A stretch of DNA of 64,000 nt, from positions 372,001-436,000 of the forward strand of contig JAVKOQ020000005.1 of assembly GCA_031835245.2 (NCBI GenBank). The letters run 5' to 3'. Positions 1 to 13,341 of the stretch are shown piece after piece. The stretch comes from Balamuthia mandrillaris. Its lineage: Eukaryota. The position numbers were made by a program, and so were the translations under genes. The first letter of the stretch is position 1. Each line of letters opens with the position of its first letter. The notes under the pieces were generated by a model. The model did no database searches and was not told the DNA's origin. It saw only the letters and a list, made by a program, of their open reading frames with translations.

Positions 1-156
1 AAGCAGCCATACAAAAGCAGCAGTGGGTGCCCATATTTGAGTCCACTCGCACCGAAGCTCTCAAAGCGATTGCTCATTGTTCCAACGTTTCCTCTTTACT
101 AGACGAATGGTTTGTCATCTCTCCCTCCCTCTCTTCTCTCTTTTCTCTCTCCCCCT

Positions 157-198
<42 letters not shown>

Positions 199-356
199 TC
201 TGACTAATAAAAAACAGGTGGGAGCAACCAGCACAATTCATCTATGCGGACGGAGTTGAGGTGGAAGGCAAGACGTTAACCCAATGGTTAGCCCATTGGC
301 GCGACATCTGTCTCCATCATCAACACCCTCACGCTTCTTCCTCTTCCGCTTCGTAA
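1..356 (+). CDS. 3' end of an unidentified protein gene (two exons, 1-109 and 218-356)
   Basis: GT-AG intron 110-217 with a CT repeat. The spliced frame reads ...SSLLDEWWEQPAQFIYADGVEVEGKTLTQWLAHWRDIC...* (TAA 354-356). Confidence 0.65.
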
Positions 357-540
357 CTCTCAAGAGCAGCAGAAGAGTAGACGCTACGATTCTACGAGAG
401 GCGGACCCCTTTTAAAGTTGGGCGCCTCGTGTGGCTTCCTTCCCGCCTAAGCTGCAGAGTTGATCTGTGCATACAAGGCCAGTTGAAGAGGACAAGAGGC
501 GCCTGCTCAACAACCACAGCATTACTTTTTATTCGCAATT

Positions 541-1545
541 TCACTTTACATCTTCATTTCGCTTTCTCTTGTGGCCAGATGCTTTAGTATTTGCACATAG
601 CTCACATAAACATTTCTGGTCACTATCCAAGGTACTTTGTTCCATCTTGTATTGCATCAACAATTCGACTTGTTCTTCTTCCTCTTCTCCTTCTTCTTCT
701 TTTTGTTTGTCCTTTTCTTTATCCTCGTCTGCTGCTTCTTGTTCTTCTTGTTCTTCTTGGTCTTCTTCTTGTTCTTCTTCTTCTTCTTCTTCTTCCTCTT
801 CCTGTTCTTCTTCTTCTTCTTCTTCTTCTTCTTCTTCTTCTTCCCCTCGAACTTGCTTCGCATAAACACATCGTAGCCCCCGAAATTCTTTCGGAAAGCT
901 CCTTGTCGAGATGCTGTGGGGATGGCTGAAAGCAAACGGCGCATCACTTACACGCCTCACCAAGCTCAACGGCCCGCACAGTATGTACGTCTTTCCTCCA
1001 CGCTCGTACAAAGAGGAGTAGCCGTTCGTTCTTAAAGCGTGCACCTCCCTCTTGCATTTCACTTCCAGGAGCACGCCAAAGAGATGTCTCTGTAGAAGAA
1101 ACGGGTGTCTTCCGTTGGCTTTGTGGTTATCCGCCGCCACCAGCTTCTTCGTGCGCAGAAACAAACCTAGCCCTTGCTCCCCCGTCGTGTGCTTGACAAG
1201 CAACGGTCCGTTAGGGTCCAACAACGTGCGATAGTAGAAGTAAACAACGTGCATCAAAAAACGAATGTTCTGCTGCGTTGTTTTCGTCGTTCTGCGGCCA
1301 GCGGCCGTTTTGCAAAAGGACGGCCCTCTCTGGCTCAACGCACACCTGCGGTGTATGAACGCCTCGAACTCCTCTTTCGACAGAAGCCTCTGCGAGCTCC
1401 GGTGTTGCAGCTCGCCGAGCACGTCCGCTCTCTTCAACACGTGGGCCAGAAAAAAGTTCCAGCAGCAGACGTCCCTTGGAATGGAGTGGTATCTGCTCTT
1501 CAATAGGTTTTGCAAAATCACCTGATCTCTTCCTCGCTGTGCCAT
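541..1545 (-). CDS. Intronless SET-domain-like protein (SUV4-20/Set9-like) with degenerate active site and acidic insert
   Basis: GLGLF motif, LCGPLSLV at the position of GPARFINH, ELLMQY, and post-SET-like CLCELC. ATG at 1545. Confidence 0.55.
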   Translation of the reverse strand: MAQRGRDQVILQNLLKSRYHSIPRDVCCWNFFLAHVLKRADVLGELQHRSSQRLLSKEEFEAFIHRRCALSQRGPSFCKTAAGRRTTKTTQQNIRFLMHVVYFYYRTLLDPNGPLLVKHTTGEQGLGLFLRTKKLVAADNHKANGRHPFLLQRHLFGVLLEVKCKREVHALRTNGYSSLYERGGKTYILCGPLSLVRRVSDAPFAFSHPHSISTRSFPKEFRGLRCVYAKQVRGEEEEEEEEEEEEEQEEEEEEEEEEQEEDQEEQEEQEAADEDKEKDKQKEEEGEEEEEQVELLMQYKMEQSTLDSDQKCLCELCANTKASGHKRKRNEDVK

Positions 1546-2015
1546 CCTTGCCCTGCTTCTCCGTCGCCTTTGCGGCAACAAAGATGTTTTTGTGGGGCGA
1601 AACGACACCAATTGTCGACGAAAAACTGCATCCCTTCTCCGACAGCCTCACCTCCTCCGAAGAAGCAGCGCAAGACAGCCACAATGTAGGCATTCCACCG
1701 TTCGAATGTCCTGGCTCTGCCGGTACCCAATGCAACTGTTTACGAAAGCAGGGCAGAGAGAGAGAGAGCAAGGTTTTGTGGACTTCTTGTGGGGTTTCAT
1801 GCACTCATTGATCGTGGTGGCAATGGCAAGCAGTACAACGGAGAGGGCAGCAGGTCGGTTATCTTAAGGATGAAGCACAAGTTTCTATTGAGCGAGAGAG
1901 AGAGAGAGAGAACAAGATAAGAAAGCAAAGAGAATTGTTGCCGCAGCTCACTCCACACCGCACAACTAACAACACAAAAAACATTTTTTTTTTAAAAAAA
2001 GAGATAAAGAAAAAC

Positions 2016-4804
2016 TTAATCCGAATCCGAAGACTCTTTCTTCTTCTTGTTCTTCTTCACTTTGCTCACCCCGCCATCGCTCGGCCCTCCTTTGCCCATG
2101 GCCTCCTTGGCTGCCTGCTTCAACTCGGTATACAAATCCGTGGTTTGCTTTCTGTATTTCTTCTCCAACTTGGCGCGGCGCAACTTGTGAAGCGGAGTGA
2201 CGGACCCGTCTTCAGGGGACCAGCTGCCGTTGTCCAGGTAGACGGCGCGAACAACGTCGCAGCTCTTGAGCTCGTTCTCGTTGGCGATCTTGCGAAAGTC
2301 GGAGAGGATCAAGTTGCGGATGTGTTTGTCTTCGCAGAGAGCAGAGGCGTCATTGGGATTCTGTTTGTTTTGTTAAAACTTAGTTGATGAGAACGAACAA
2401 GAAGAGCAAGAAGATACACACGTTGAATTGGTTGCGAACGCTGCGATTGTTGGCAAAGGAAGTGAGAACGGAGCCGTTCACGTTGACGACAGCGACGAGG
2501 CAGGGCTCGTCCTCTTGTCCGTGCACATAAATCTGAGAAATGAACTGGCTGCGAGAATAGATGCTTTCCAGTCGTTCCACACTATATATATTTTGTCAGC
2601 ACAAATAAAAAACAAACTGAACAAAGAAAAGAAAAGAAGAGAAACATACGCCACAAAGTCACCAGTAGAGAGAGCAAAAATGTTTTCCTCCCGATCGATG
2701 AGGGAGAGGGTGCCGTTCTCTCTCCACTGGGCGATATCGCCGGTGCGTAGCCAACCCTCGTCGTCAAAGGCCTCATCGGCGGCGCCGCTGTCGTTGTAAT
2801 AGCTTTGGGCGACGGCGGGACCACGAATGGCCACGTGGCCGGAAGGTAGCTCCGAGGAAGACTTGAACCCCAATTCATCCACATCAATAAGTTTTAGCTC
2901 TATGGTATTTTGTAACAAATAATACCCCATTGATAAGAATATAGAGAGGAGAAAGAAAGAACAAGAGAAGCCAGAGAAGAACAAACCGATGGCAGGAGAG
3001 GGAGGTCCGACGTGACCAGCAGCTGTATCTCTGGGTTCGCTCATGGCAACGAGGCCACCAGCCTCAGCCAAGCTGTACGCATTCACCACGTCGCAACAGA
3101 AGCAACTGAGCAAATAGAAAAGAAAAGCTTAGTCTTAAGAGACAAAAAAAAGAGGGTTTAAAAAATAAGATACTCGCTAGAAGGAAGATACGTACATCTT
3201 CAAGAATTGATGAGTGGGAGCACGAAGTGGACCTCCACTTGAGACGATCAAACGTATGTTTCCTCCCATAGTAGCCTTGAAATTCCTGAACACAACCGAG
3301 TTCCATAACGTCGAACCATCCTTCTGGCTGTGTTCCAACTTCTTCTGCTTCGTATCATATCCCTTCGTGAAGAACCACCTGAAAATGGGCTTCTTGCCGT
3401 ACACCTTTTGCAGGATGCGGTGGTACATTCGGTCGTAGACCCAAGGGGCCGCACTCAGCACAGTGGGGTGTGCTTGGCTCACGTCGGCAGCAAAGTTATC
3501 CTCCTCTCCGGAGGAGAAGGCCACAGCGGCGCCGCAGGCCAATGCGGTGGTCACCATCAAATGCTCCAGCGAGTAACCCACCGGGAGAAAGGAGAAGAAG
3601 ACGTCCTTAGAGGAGATACCATAAAGGCTAGCCATCAATCCTGCTTGAGCAGCAATCAAGTTGCTGTGCGTCAACATGCAGCCTTTCGGTGTGGCCGAGG
3701 CAGAAGATCCGCTGGTGTAAAGAATAGTGGCCAAGGACGAGGCATCAACTGATGCCTCGCTGGAGCTTCCTCCCTCGGCCTCGACGTCGTGGAAGAGATG
3801 GACCTCGCGGTCGCCGAGGTCATGTGAGGAATGGTCTGTCTCTTGGAGTTCCATGGATTGGGAGAAGGAGCGGCCACGAAGAGAAGGAGCAATGATGATC
3901 GTTTGTAGCTTTTTGCATTTCTTCAAAATGGAGCTCAACTAGAAGTTGAAGAGAGAGAGAGAGAGAGAGCGAAATAATGAGATGATTGTTTTGGTGAAAA
4001 AGAAAGAGAAGAGAGACATACCGATTCAATGCATTCTTTGGCACAAACGAGTGTCTTTATTTTGGCTTGCGACAAAATGGTGGCCACGGAATCCTCATCT
4101 GCATAGCGAAACGCAGTAAAACAAGTCAGAAAAAGAGAAAAAGATGAAACCTCACAAAGAAAAACGAACCCAAGTTTGCACAAATAGGAACGGTTACGAG
4201 TCCCTGAGAGTAGGCCGCTTGCGTGGCGATGACCCACTCGGCGGAGCCCGGTCCCCAAATGCCCAAAAGCTCTCCTTGAGACATGCCGGTCAAGTTCATG
4301 AGGCCGGAGCCAAACTTGGCCGCTCTCTTTGCGATCTGGTCATAAGTCAACCACTGGTAACCTTTCCATTTCCCATCTGTAAATGTTTTTTGTTTTTGTT
4401 TTTGTTATTTTTTTTTTTGAGAAAAAGAACGGTAGATTAAAACGTACCATAAACTCTTTGTCCCACGCATTTGTGACCTCCAAACTTCTTAGCGACTCGT
4501 CTATTTGAAAGAGAAAAATATATAAAAAAAAAGAATGAGAAACACTGATCTGAAAAAAAAAAAAAAAGAAGCAGAAAACAAAAGAGAGAGAAACAAAAGG
4601 AAAAAAAAAAATAACATACGTGAAAGCGTCGTGGAGCGTGTGGACTCCGTCAAAATGATGCGTGACCAAGTCGTCCACCGCTCGCGTGTTTCGCCTCGCT
4701 CTGGTCTCTCCCGACACGCTCTCAGCGCTAGGAGGCTCCTGGCTTTGTTGTTTCTGGTCCTGACTCCGCAATTGTTTGAGCCCCTCCGGCGTGTCTCCTC
4801 TCAT
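2016..4804 (-). CDS. Long-chain acyl-CoA synthetase family (AMP-binding) protein, multi-exon
   Basis: TILYTSGS...PKG, GHVGPP, GWLRTGDI, ERLESIY...SQIYVHG and TPLHKLRR motifs lie in order across the exons. Confidence 0.9.
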
Positions 4805-5476
4805 CTTTGTTTTTTTTTTCTTTCGCTCGTTTGTGTCCCTCTTGTTTCTTAGACTATGACCGTTTTTACAGGTTCTCGGTCGTTGCCCAAAGCCCGTCTT
4901 GTTTGCTAAATGAATGAAAAGTAAGCAATGAGCGGAAAGCCAAGAAAGAAAATAAAGGAAGAGGAAGGGTTAATCATTATACACCGTAACGTTACATTAC
5001 CATTAACTGTTTCACCCTAGCAATACGGAGCAGGTGCATGATTGGCGGGGCGGCGTTTTAAAATCATTGATGATGTCGGGGAGCGGTAGCTCGTGGGTTC
5101 AGCAATATATGGCTTGGATAGATTGAGGACAGGAGAGTAGACATGATCTAGGAAAGGAGAGAAGACATGAGACAGGATATGATATAGGACTCGAGAGAAG
5201 GAGAGAAGACAGAAGAGAAGACATGATCCAGGACGGAAGAGAAGACATGAGATAGGACTCGAGAGACTGCAGAAGACCAGAGACAAGACAGGAGAGAAGC
5301 AGCAAAAAAAAACAAACGAAGAGAATGCTGAATTGAGAAGAAGAAGAAGAAGAAGAACAAGAAGAAGAACAAGAAGAACAAGAACAAGAAGAACATGAAG
5401 AACAAGAACATGAAGAAGAAGACAAAAAGAAAACAATGAACCAGAAGCAGAACAAGAAGAACAAGAAAAAGATCCA

Positions 5477-6216
5477 TTATTCCACTTTAAGAAGCTTTTG
5501 GACAAGGCGCTTGCGCAGGTAAAAGCGATAGAGAACAGCAAAGAAGGTGGCGGAGAGGAGAAAAGAGAGGCCACAGAAGATGGCCATCTTGAGGCCCTCC
5601 GCAAATGCATCCATGCTCTGTGCGAGCAGCGGGTTCGAAGAGAATGGCAAATAGGTATGCCCGTTGAACCATCTTTTTGTGTTGGTGTTTTCGTAAGTAT
5701 GAGAGGAGAGAGAGGAGCAGAGAGGGACTTACTTGACGTTTCCATGCACAGTGATGACAGAACCTGGTTGAGCCACCTGAAAGCGATCTCCCACTGATTT
5801 TAACGAAGAGAAGAGAAACAAAGAAGAAATAAAGGATAAGCAATCAGAAACAAGAGACGAGAGAGTTAACAAAAAGGGAAAGGGAAAAAAGACAAGAATA
5901 AACAAAGGGAACAAACCAGGATAAGCAGCAGCGCCCAATATCTTGCCATGCATGGCATGAAAGATAAAGTTCAGGTGGTTATCAAAGTGGAAGTGGTTTT
6001 GCTCCACCATACCCCACAAAGGAATGGAAAAAGGCAGGTAGTACAGAGGAGGGATTGATGCTCCATTCTCAGGAATGGGGAACATGGCCAGCCTGCAATT
6101 CCAGTTCGCTTTCAAAAAAGAAAAGTAAATAAACAAATAGATGAGAGAAGAAGTAGTAGTAGTAGTAGTAGTAGAAGAAGAAGTAGAAGAACAAGAAGAA
6201 GAAGAAGAAGAAGAAG

Positions 6217-6248
<32 letters not shown>

Positions 6249-6906
6249 GAACAAGAAGAAGAAGAAGAAGAAGAAGAAGAAGAAGAAGAAGAACAAGAAG
6301 AAGAAGAAGAAGAAGAACAAGAACAACAACAACAACAACAACAAACGAAAGCCAACAACAACAAGAAGAAGAAGAAGAAAAAAAGCAGAGCCATCACCAC
6401 AAGAAGAAGAGAACAAGGAAGAAAAAATAGAAGAAGCAGAGAAGCAAATGAAGCAAGACTGTTAGCCAAAGGAAAACAAACCTTCTCTTTGAATGATGGC
6501 CGAGAAGAACTCGTATTGCTCCTGAGTGGCGACGTGCAGGCCGCAATACTGGAACGAGTCCACCCCGTAGGAGAAGGTCATCTCCTTGCCCGTTTCCTGA
6601 CAGATGGGACCTGGTCCCCACGACCCGTCCTTGGCTTTGCATTCTATCTTCACTTCTTGTCCTACCGCATATCCTTTTTTTTTTGAGTGAGCGATCACTG
6701 CACATCTGTTTGATGGAAAGAGATCAATATTAAAATTATTAAATTTTTTTTGTACCAGCAGTGGGGTGGTGGTGGTGGTGATGTGTGGCTTGTGCCTCTG
6801 CCAGAGAGCTGAACGTGCACAACAGCACCAACAAGCCCAACAACAGGAAGGAAAGGAGGAGCCGCAGCCAAGACGACGACGAGCCTTGCTTCGTTCTTCT
6901 TCTCAT
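5477..6906 (-). CDS. Uncharacterised type I membrane protein (signal peptide, Cys-containing lumenal domain, C-terminal TM helix), 5 exons
   Basis: Spliced frame MRRRTKQ...LLLGLLVLLC...VIAHSKKKGYAVGQEVKIEC...NWNCRLAM...NHLNFIFH...GNVKWFNG...FFAVLYRFYLRKRLVQKLLKVE*. Confidence 0.7.
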
Positions 6907-7106
6907 CTTCGTTCTTTTTCCTGTCGACATTCCGGGAATGCGACAATCGTGGTCATTTTTTGCTGGGATTGTGCAGAGTTTCAGCAATGGAGGTCAACAG
7001 CTACACAAAAGTTGGTCAGCTTGTTCTTGCTTTCCGTTTGTCGACAGTAATGTTTGCTACATTGAAAAAATAAATAAAAACAAATGCGTTCTCTCTGTGC
7101 TAAGAG

Positions 7107-9328
7107 TCATTTATGGGATACGGCACCGAATCCACAAAGTCTCAACACGAAAGGAAGAGACCCATCATCGAGCCGGGCCCGGAGCTTGGAAGGAAGCATG
7201 AGAAGTAATCCGCCTTCTTTGCAATGGACCCACTCCACGGGTACGTAGTCCTTCTTTCCTGCAATTAGTTGCACGGAGCACTTCTCTTCTTCGCTGGTCG
7301 CGCAAACAGACGCTAAACGCAGCTTTTCATACCTCTTAGGTTCCGTTACGCAACAATACACCGTTTCTGCATTCTCCTCTTTGTCCTCTTCTATTTCGTT
7401 TTCTTCTCCTTCTCCTGGTTCTTCTTCTTCTTCTTCTTCTTCTTCTTCTTCTTCTTCTTCTTCTTGTTCTTCGTGTTCTGTATCTTGTTTTCCTTTTCCT
7501 TTTTCTTTTTCCTCTGCTTTGGATTCGTTTAGTTTTCTCTCTTGTGCTTTTCCCCCTTCGGTTTCTTCCAACTTTTGGCGTTTCACTTCGTTTCGCTTCG
7601 CTTTTTTCCCCTTGACGGTGAACCATGCTTCCGCGATTTCATCTCTCTGCAAGAGCCACGGCCTTGTGCCAAAGAGCGCCTCCCCGTTCACGCTCATCCA
7701 TTCTCCAATCTCCATCAAGGTTCGTTGCTCCACTTCTGGTATCGTTCCTTCGTGTTGGGTTTGGAGTTAGTGCAACGTCGTGCATAATAAACCCTAGCAC
7801 AACAAACCAACCATCAGCTCTCGGCCCAACGTTCAACAAAAAGTTGCCATTGCAAGCAATCACCCGAATCATGATGGCCAACACCGCCGCTGCGCTCTTC
7901 CAGTGACCCATCTCCTCGCTATGCTGTTCGTTATAACCCCACCCTCTGCTGAGCGTCATGCAGCATTCCCACTTTTTGTCAGCAAGAAGCGTGCCAGGGT
8001 CGAACCGATCTGCGTGGTTGCAAAAGGAGCCATGCACACCATCTGTGCCTCTTCCTGTTTTGTATTTGTTTTGTTTCAATGAGGCATAACACAACTACCC
8101 TCTTTATTTTTTCTCTTTCTCTTTCTCTTTCTCTTTCTCTTTCTCTTTCTCTTTCTCTTTCTCTTTCTCTTTCTCTTTCTCTTTCTCTTTCTCTTTCTCT
8201 TTCTCTTTCTCTTTCTCTTTCTCTTTCTCTTTCTCTTTCTCTTTCTCTTTCTCTTTCTCTTTCTCTTTCTCTTTCTCTTTCTCACTGAGCAACGTACCCC
8301 AACGATCGTTCACAACTACTGAATCCTTAACAGGACTACAGTTGAACAGCCATGCCAAAAACTCTTCGCTCTGCCAGTAGCTAGCAAAGAGAAAGAAAGA
8401 AGCGAAGGGAAAGAGAATACATCAGCGATGGAAACGGACAACAAAAGAAACGCCGTACGATGATTCCCGCTCCCAATGGCCATCGCCCCAAATGATATCG
8501 GGTTGATACCGCTCCACCAGTTCTTTCAGCTGGGGACGAACCACTTTCTCCACAAACTCTCTTTGCCCTTGCTCCCTTGCCTTCTTTCTCTTATCCGACA
8601 GATACAACGGATGAAACCACTCATACAAGGAATAGTAGACCCCAAAACGCAAACCTTGGGCGCGAACGGCGGCCGCGAGCTCTCCAACGAGATCCCTTTT
8701 GGGTCCGACGTTGCCCACATGCCAAGCCGAGGAGGGCGTCTCCGTGGGCCACAAGCAGAACCCCTCATGATGCTTGCTGGTGAGCACCACGTACTTGGCC
8801 CCGCTTTGTTGGAAGAGCGAGGCCCACTCCTTTTGGTTTTGGTTTGTGTCGGTGAGCAACGCTTTGTGTGCTGTGTGCACACGACGTACGTGAGGGAGCC
8901 ACTTGTCGGCGGTGAACAGGGGAGCAAACTGCCGATAGTCAAAGTGCTTGCCCCAGGTGCGGGCGTGGTGCTCCGCCGTTGCCTTGCCGTAGAGGAAAGT
9001 GTTCTTCAGCCGTTTCCAGTACCACTCGGACCCGTTGTCTATTGCGCCTTTCTTTTTGGCTTTGTCTCAGGTTTTAGCCACTGGGAAACCACAAAAGAAG
9101 AAAGGAGAGGAGAGGAGAGGGGAAGGAAGTGCCTTTGGAAGTGGAAAGCTGATGAAAAGCGGGAACGGAATAGACGCCCCAGTGCAGCATGATGCCAAAC
9201 TTGGCGCCGTCGAACCAAAGCGGCAGCGGACGTTGGTCCAACGATTGCCATGTCGGCTCAAAAGCACAAGTAGCTGAGGATGCACTGCCTGTGGAAAGAG
9301 ACTCTCGCTTCTTCTTTTGTTTCCTCAT
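7107..9328 (-). CDS. Alpha-L-fucosidase (GH29), multi-exon
   Basis: [73 protein letters not shown] and [11 protein letters not shown] motifs. Confidence 0.92.
8107..8283. repeat. Perfect (CTCTTT)n hexamer microsatellite in a fucosidase intron
   Basis: Directly visible tandem repeat of about 29 units. Confidence 0.95.
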
Positions 9329-10095
9329 CTGTTTTCGAGGGCTTGGAGGGAAAATGGACTGGTCGCAACGAGGACAGGGAAACCTGCCCTGTTATATGCT
9401 CCAAAGTTTTCTTGGAAGAGATTCAGAGCATGCCTGTTTGGACACCGACACAAAAGCCCCGTCCGCTGTTAGTTCAACTGCACGGTCCAGCACCAGGTGT
9501 CACCGTGGGTTTGTAAGCTTCTTACCGGAGTGCACTCGTCACCTCTCTCCGCTGCTTCTCTGCTTTTGTGCTTCTCTCTGACACTATACCCAATCCCACA
9601 TGCTCTCTCTCTGCAGAGGAGGAGGCGATTGGGAGTGGCCTTCTCTACAGGACCGTTATAGAGGACATGTTTTAGCGTTCCGTCATGCTGGTGTTGCACG
9701 TGGATGCCTGCACTGACCTAAGAGTCTCTGCCGCATCGACAGATTGTGGGTGTAAGCCCTCAGGAGGAGACAAAACCCAAGGTAACACCTCACGCTGTTC
9801 CCCTTTGTCTCCGTGGGAAAATACATGACCTCCTCAACACTCATGTCCACCCCGCCGCAGGGGGCCACAAGATTGTGAGATAGGCCTCGGCAAACCGATC
9901 AGAATGCTTCACTGAACCTCGAAAAATTGATCAAACTCCTCATTGGTGGATGCTATAATGAATGCCCACTTTACCAATACTATTTCCATTTGTGGTTGGC
10001 CAGCTGGACTGGTTGTTAAATAATAGTCGTCAACACTGTGCTGAAACATACACGCACACGCACTATTCCAACAGACCAGCCCCAGGCTTACTACA

Positions 10096-12168
10096 ATGCG
10101 TACGCATCTGTTACTCTCCGTGTGCGCCTTGCTCGGCGTGTTGGCTTTGGCAGCCAAGGGCCAGGAACTTGCGGCCGGTTGGAGCAAAGCCCACGGCGAC
10201 CTCCGCAACTCCAACGTGCACCCCACCACCGGAGCCATTCGTTCCCTTGCCAACACCGAGGTATCTCCCCCCACTTTCTGATTTTTCCATGGTTCTCCTC
10301 CACTTTTATTTCATCTCCAAGTTCAAACAACTCTGACCTTCAATTTTTTAATTCCACTCCTTGCTGGTGCTAACGGGACCCAGTGGGAAGTGTTGTTTGA
10401 AGCAAACTGGGAAAGTGCTGGAGTGGCTCATGATCAAGAAGGAAACAGCTACTTTCCTGCCACCAACACTCTTTTCCAGCTCAACAAAGAGGGAAACTGG
10501 ACCTCCGGCCCTTTGTCCACTGAATACCATTACGGCTTTCCCGCTGTGACTGACGACGGCAAAGTGGTGGTCCTTTCGGAAAGCTCTGTGGATGTCTTCG
10601 ACTTGGCCTCTCAGTCAAATATTTCCACTTCCTGGGACTCAATTGGCTTCCTGCTGTATGGTTCTTCTGCAGTCGTTGGTGCGTGCCTCTGCTTCTCTCT
10701 CTCTCTCTCGCTCTCTCCCTTGGTCTCTTGTTATGTTTACTCCACAAAAAAAACCATAGTGGACGGGTTGATCTATATACTGAACTCAGATGGAGAGATG
10801 ATGGTGTTCGACTTTGACCTCCAACAGCAAGCCTTCAACAATGCCTCCAGGTACTGGAATGGCTTGGATAACTTTGTTGAGTTTTGCACCCCCGCCACAG
10901 ATGGACAAGGCAACTTTTACTTCTACACCGAGTCCGAAAGCCCGAGCGTGGTGTTTGCCATCCGTTTCCCTGAGAATGAACTCCTGTGGAACAGATCCAT
11001 GGCCGAGTTGGACCCTTTCCCTGGCATGGGCCTATCCTATTTGACTGATGGCTCCCCTTCTCTCTCTGAGGACGGCACTCGCTTGTTTGTGGTATGTTTC
11101 TCTCTTGTTCTCCCTTCGTCGTTCTCTTCGGTTCAACCTGCCATTCACCTTCTTGCATTGACAACCTGTTGTTGTGCATGGTTTTTGCTGCAGACAATGA
11201 TTGATGGAGGAGTGGCGGCATTGGACACAAGCAACGGTGACCTGGTCTGGGCTACCGCCATTTCTGACATCGGAACAGGAGAATACTATGCGGAAAAGCT
11301 GGTGCCCACTGTGAGTCCTGTGGATGGGTATTTATAGACCACCTTCATGCTTGTCTCTCTCTTCAATGATGCATAACCCATCGCTTTCTTCCCCAGGACA
11401 ATCATCACCCACTGGCGTAACACCCAGAACAACTCTGTGGCGGTGGTCGGCCTGGATGCTGAAACTGGAGAGAAAGTCCATTTCGTAGAACTACTCCCTG
11501 GCTCTGTTACTGGCGTTGGTTCTCCGGGATCAGTCACTGCGGATGGGGTGTACTACCTCTCTGTTTACAGTGTGCTTGCGGCAGTGGACTTGGAAAGCTT
11601 CGAGGTGCTGTGGAGCCGCGAAGAAAGTAAGCCTAGCTATGAACGATCCATTTCCATCGCTGCTGATGGAAGCATCTACACCCCTCGTGAATGGGACTCC
11701 ATTGCTGTGCTGAGTGCGTCCCCTCCCCCCTCCCCCCCAACCTTCTAACCCCTTTTCCTTTATTTCCGCTCTCCCTCTCTCTCTCTCTTCCTTTGCTTTC
11801 TCTCTAATTGTTAACTATTTTTTTCCTGTTTGTCTGTAGGATGCAAGGAGAACTACGCCTTGGATGCCAGTGGAAAATGCAGCAAAAAGTGCGCCCATGC
11901 CAATGCCAGGTTCATCGGTAGGAACCTTTGTGGATATGACTGCGGTGAGGAGGTGGCCCTGCTGTTCCCTTTGGTGGAGCCTCTCTGTGGAGCTTGCCAA
12001 GAGAACCAGTATTGGTCCTCAGAGGAGCTGGTCTGTGAGGAGTGCCCTGATGGTTCAAGCAGCCCTGCTGGTTCCATCGGTGCTGATGCTTGCATGGAAG
12101 ACCCTGCCTCTTCTGAGGATGGTGATGGCTCTGGCAGCAACTACCTTCAATCAGCTTTCTGGTTTTAA
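10096..12168 (+). CDS. Secreted/surface PQQ-like beta-propeller protein with Cys-rich C-terminal domain, copy 1
   Basis: Signal peptide, WSKAHGDLRNS, repeated ALDxxxGxxxW-type blades and CEECPDGSSSPAGS. Five GT-AG introns. Confidence 0.75.
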
Positions 12169-13341
12169 TAAAAACAACCACAATGAGTTCCTTTTCTGAA
12201 AGCCTCTGCTGTCATCCAGAGAGAAGGATGAGTTTGTTAATAGGGACAAACCCTGTAGATCAAGAAAGGGATGGCATGTAAACGACTCTGGGTTTATTCT
12301 CCTGAAAGGAGGTGTGGACCAAAGTGTGTGCTTTGAATGTGTTGCCAGGAAAAAGGGAAAATAAAAAGGTGTGAGAAAACTTGAGGTATCCAAGGAAAGT
12401 ATAATGAATCATTGGTTTTCCAACAAGTTGTTATTTTTTGTTATTGAGATTATGTTTGTTGTAGAGCCATTACCTATGCACTTTGCTCCTTTGAGGTTTA
12501 TTTTTTGCTTTGGAATGGTTGGCTGGCTTTAAGTAATAGTTATGTTTATAATATTGTCTTTGTTCTTTTCTTTGTCCCTTCTTTGGTCTTGTAAGATAAA
12601 GTAAGTAACACAAATTGTTGGAAAACTCTAACATAGTAGCTCTTCTTTCTGCTGAGTTCTCCTTCTGCCATTTACCTGAGGCAACCTCTCATCTTTTCCT
12701 TCTCCTTTCTTGCTGTTTCCTTTTTTCTCTCTCTTTTCCATTTTATGCTTTGTTCTTTTATAGATCTTTCTTTTAGTTTAAATACTGCCTCTCCCTGTTT
12801 CTTCTTCCATCCTCTTAGGACGACTTACAACTTACAGTTTACAACAAGATACTTTCATTATTAAGTATGTTTAGCTTAATTATATGTTTTATGTATTGTA
12901 ATTGGATATAATAGTAGAAATAAGTTTATACATTATAGGACAAACTGGAATACTTCTCTATACACTCTATTATAACATTTTCCTTTCAGTTAAAGGCTAT
13001 TTTTACTCTTGTTTACTTTCTTGCATTCTTGTGAGATTGGTCCAAGTCAATATCTCTCTTTTATAGAACTTAGGAACTTTCCTTTTTTCCTTTTAATGTG
13101 TGGCTTCTTTTGATCAGTTCTTTTTCTCATTCATTTTGTCTCTCTTGCTTTATCTTCTCTTTTCTTTTTTTCTCTTTCTTTTTTCTTGAAAAGTCAGGAC
13201 AAAAGGATTTTGTTTCTCTCATTGAGTGTGGTTGTAACTGTCACAACATTACATGGGTTTGGCCTTGGGTTGTGCCAATTCCTCTCTCTGGTACAATGTT
13301 CACAACTATGAAGGTTTATTATTGTTATGCAGCAGCTTAAG

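Noticed and set aside
5130..5300. Repeated GAGAAGACATGA and ATAGGACTCGAGAGA units as a possible CRISPR-like array
   Set aside because: Spacing is irregular, there are no unique spacers or cas genes, and the context is eukaryotic. It is a degenerate local duplication.
9330..9910. Coding-like sequence with a possible intron upstream of the fucosidase
   Set aside because: All frames are interrupted and no domain is recognisable, so no call can be supported.
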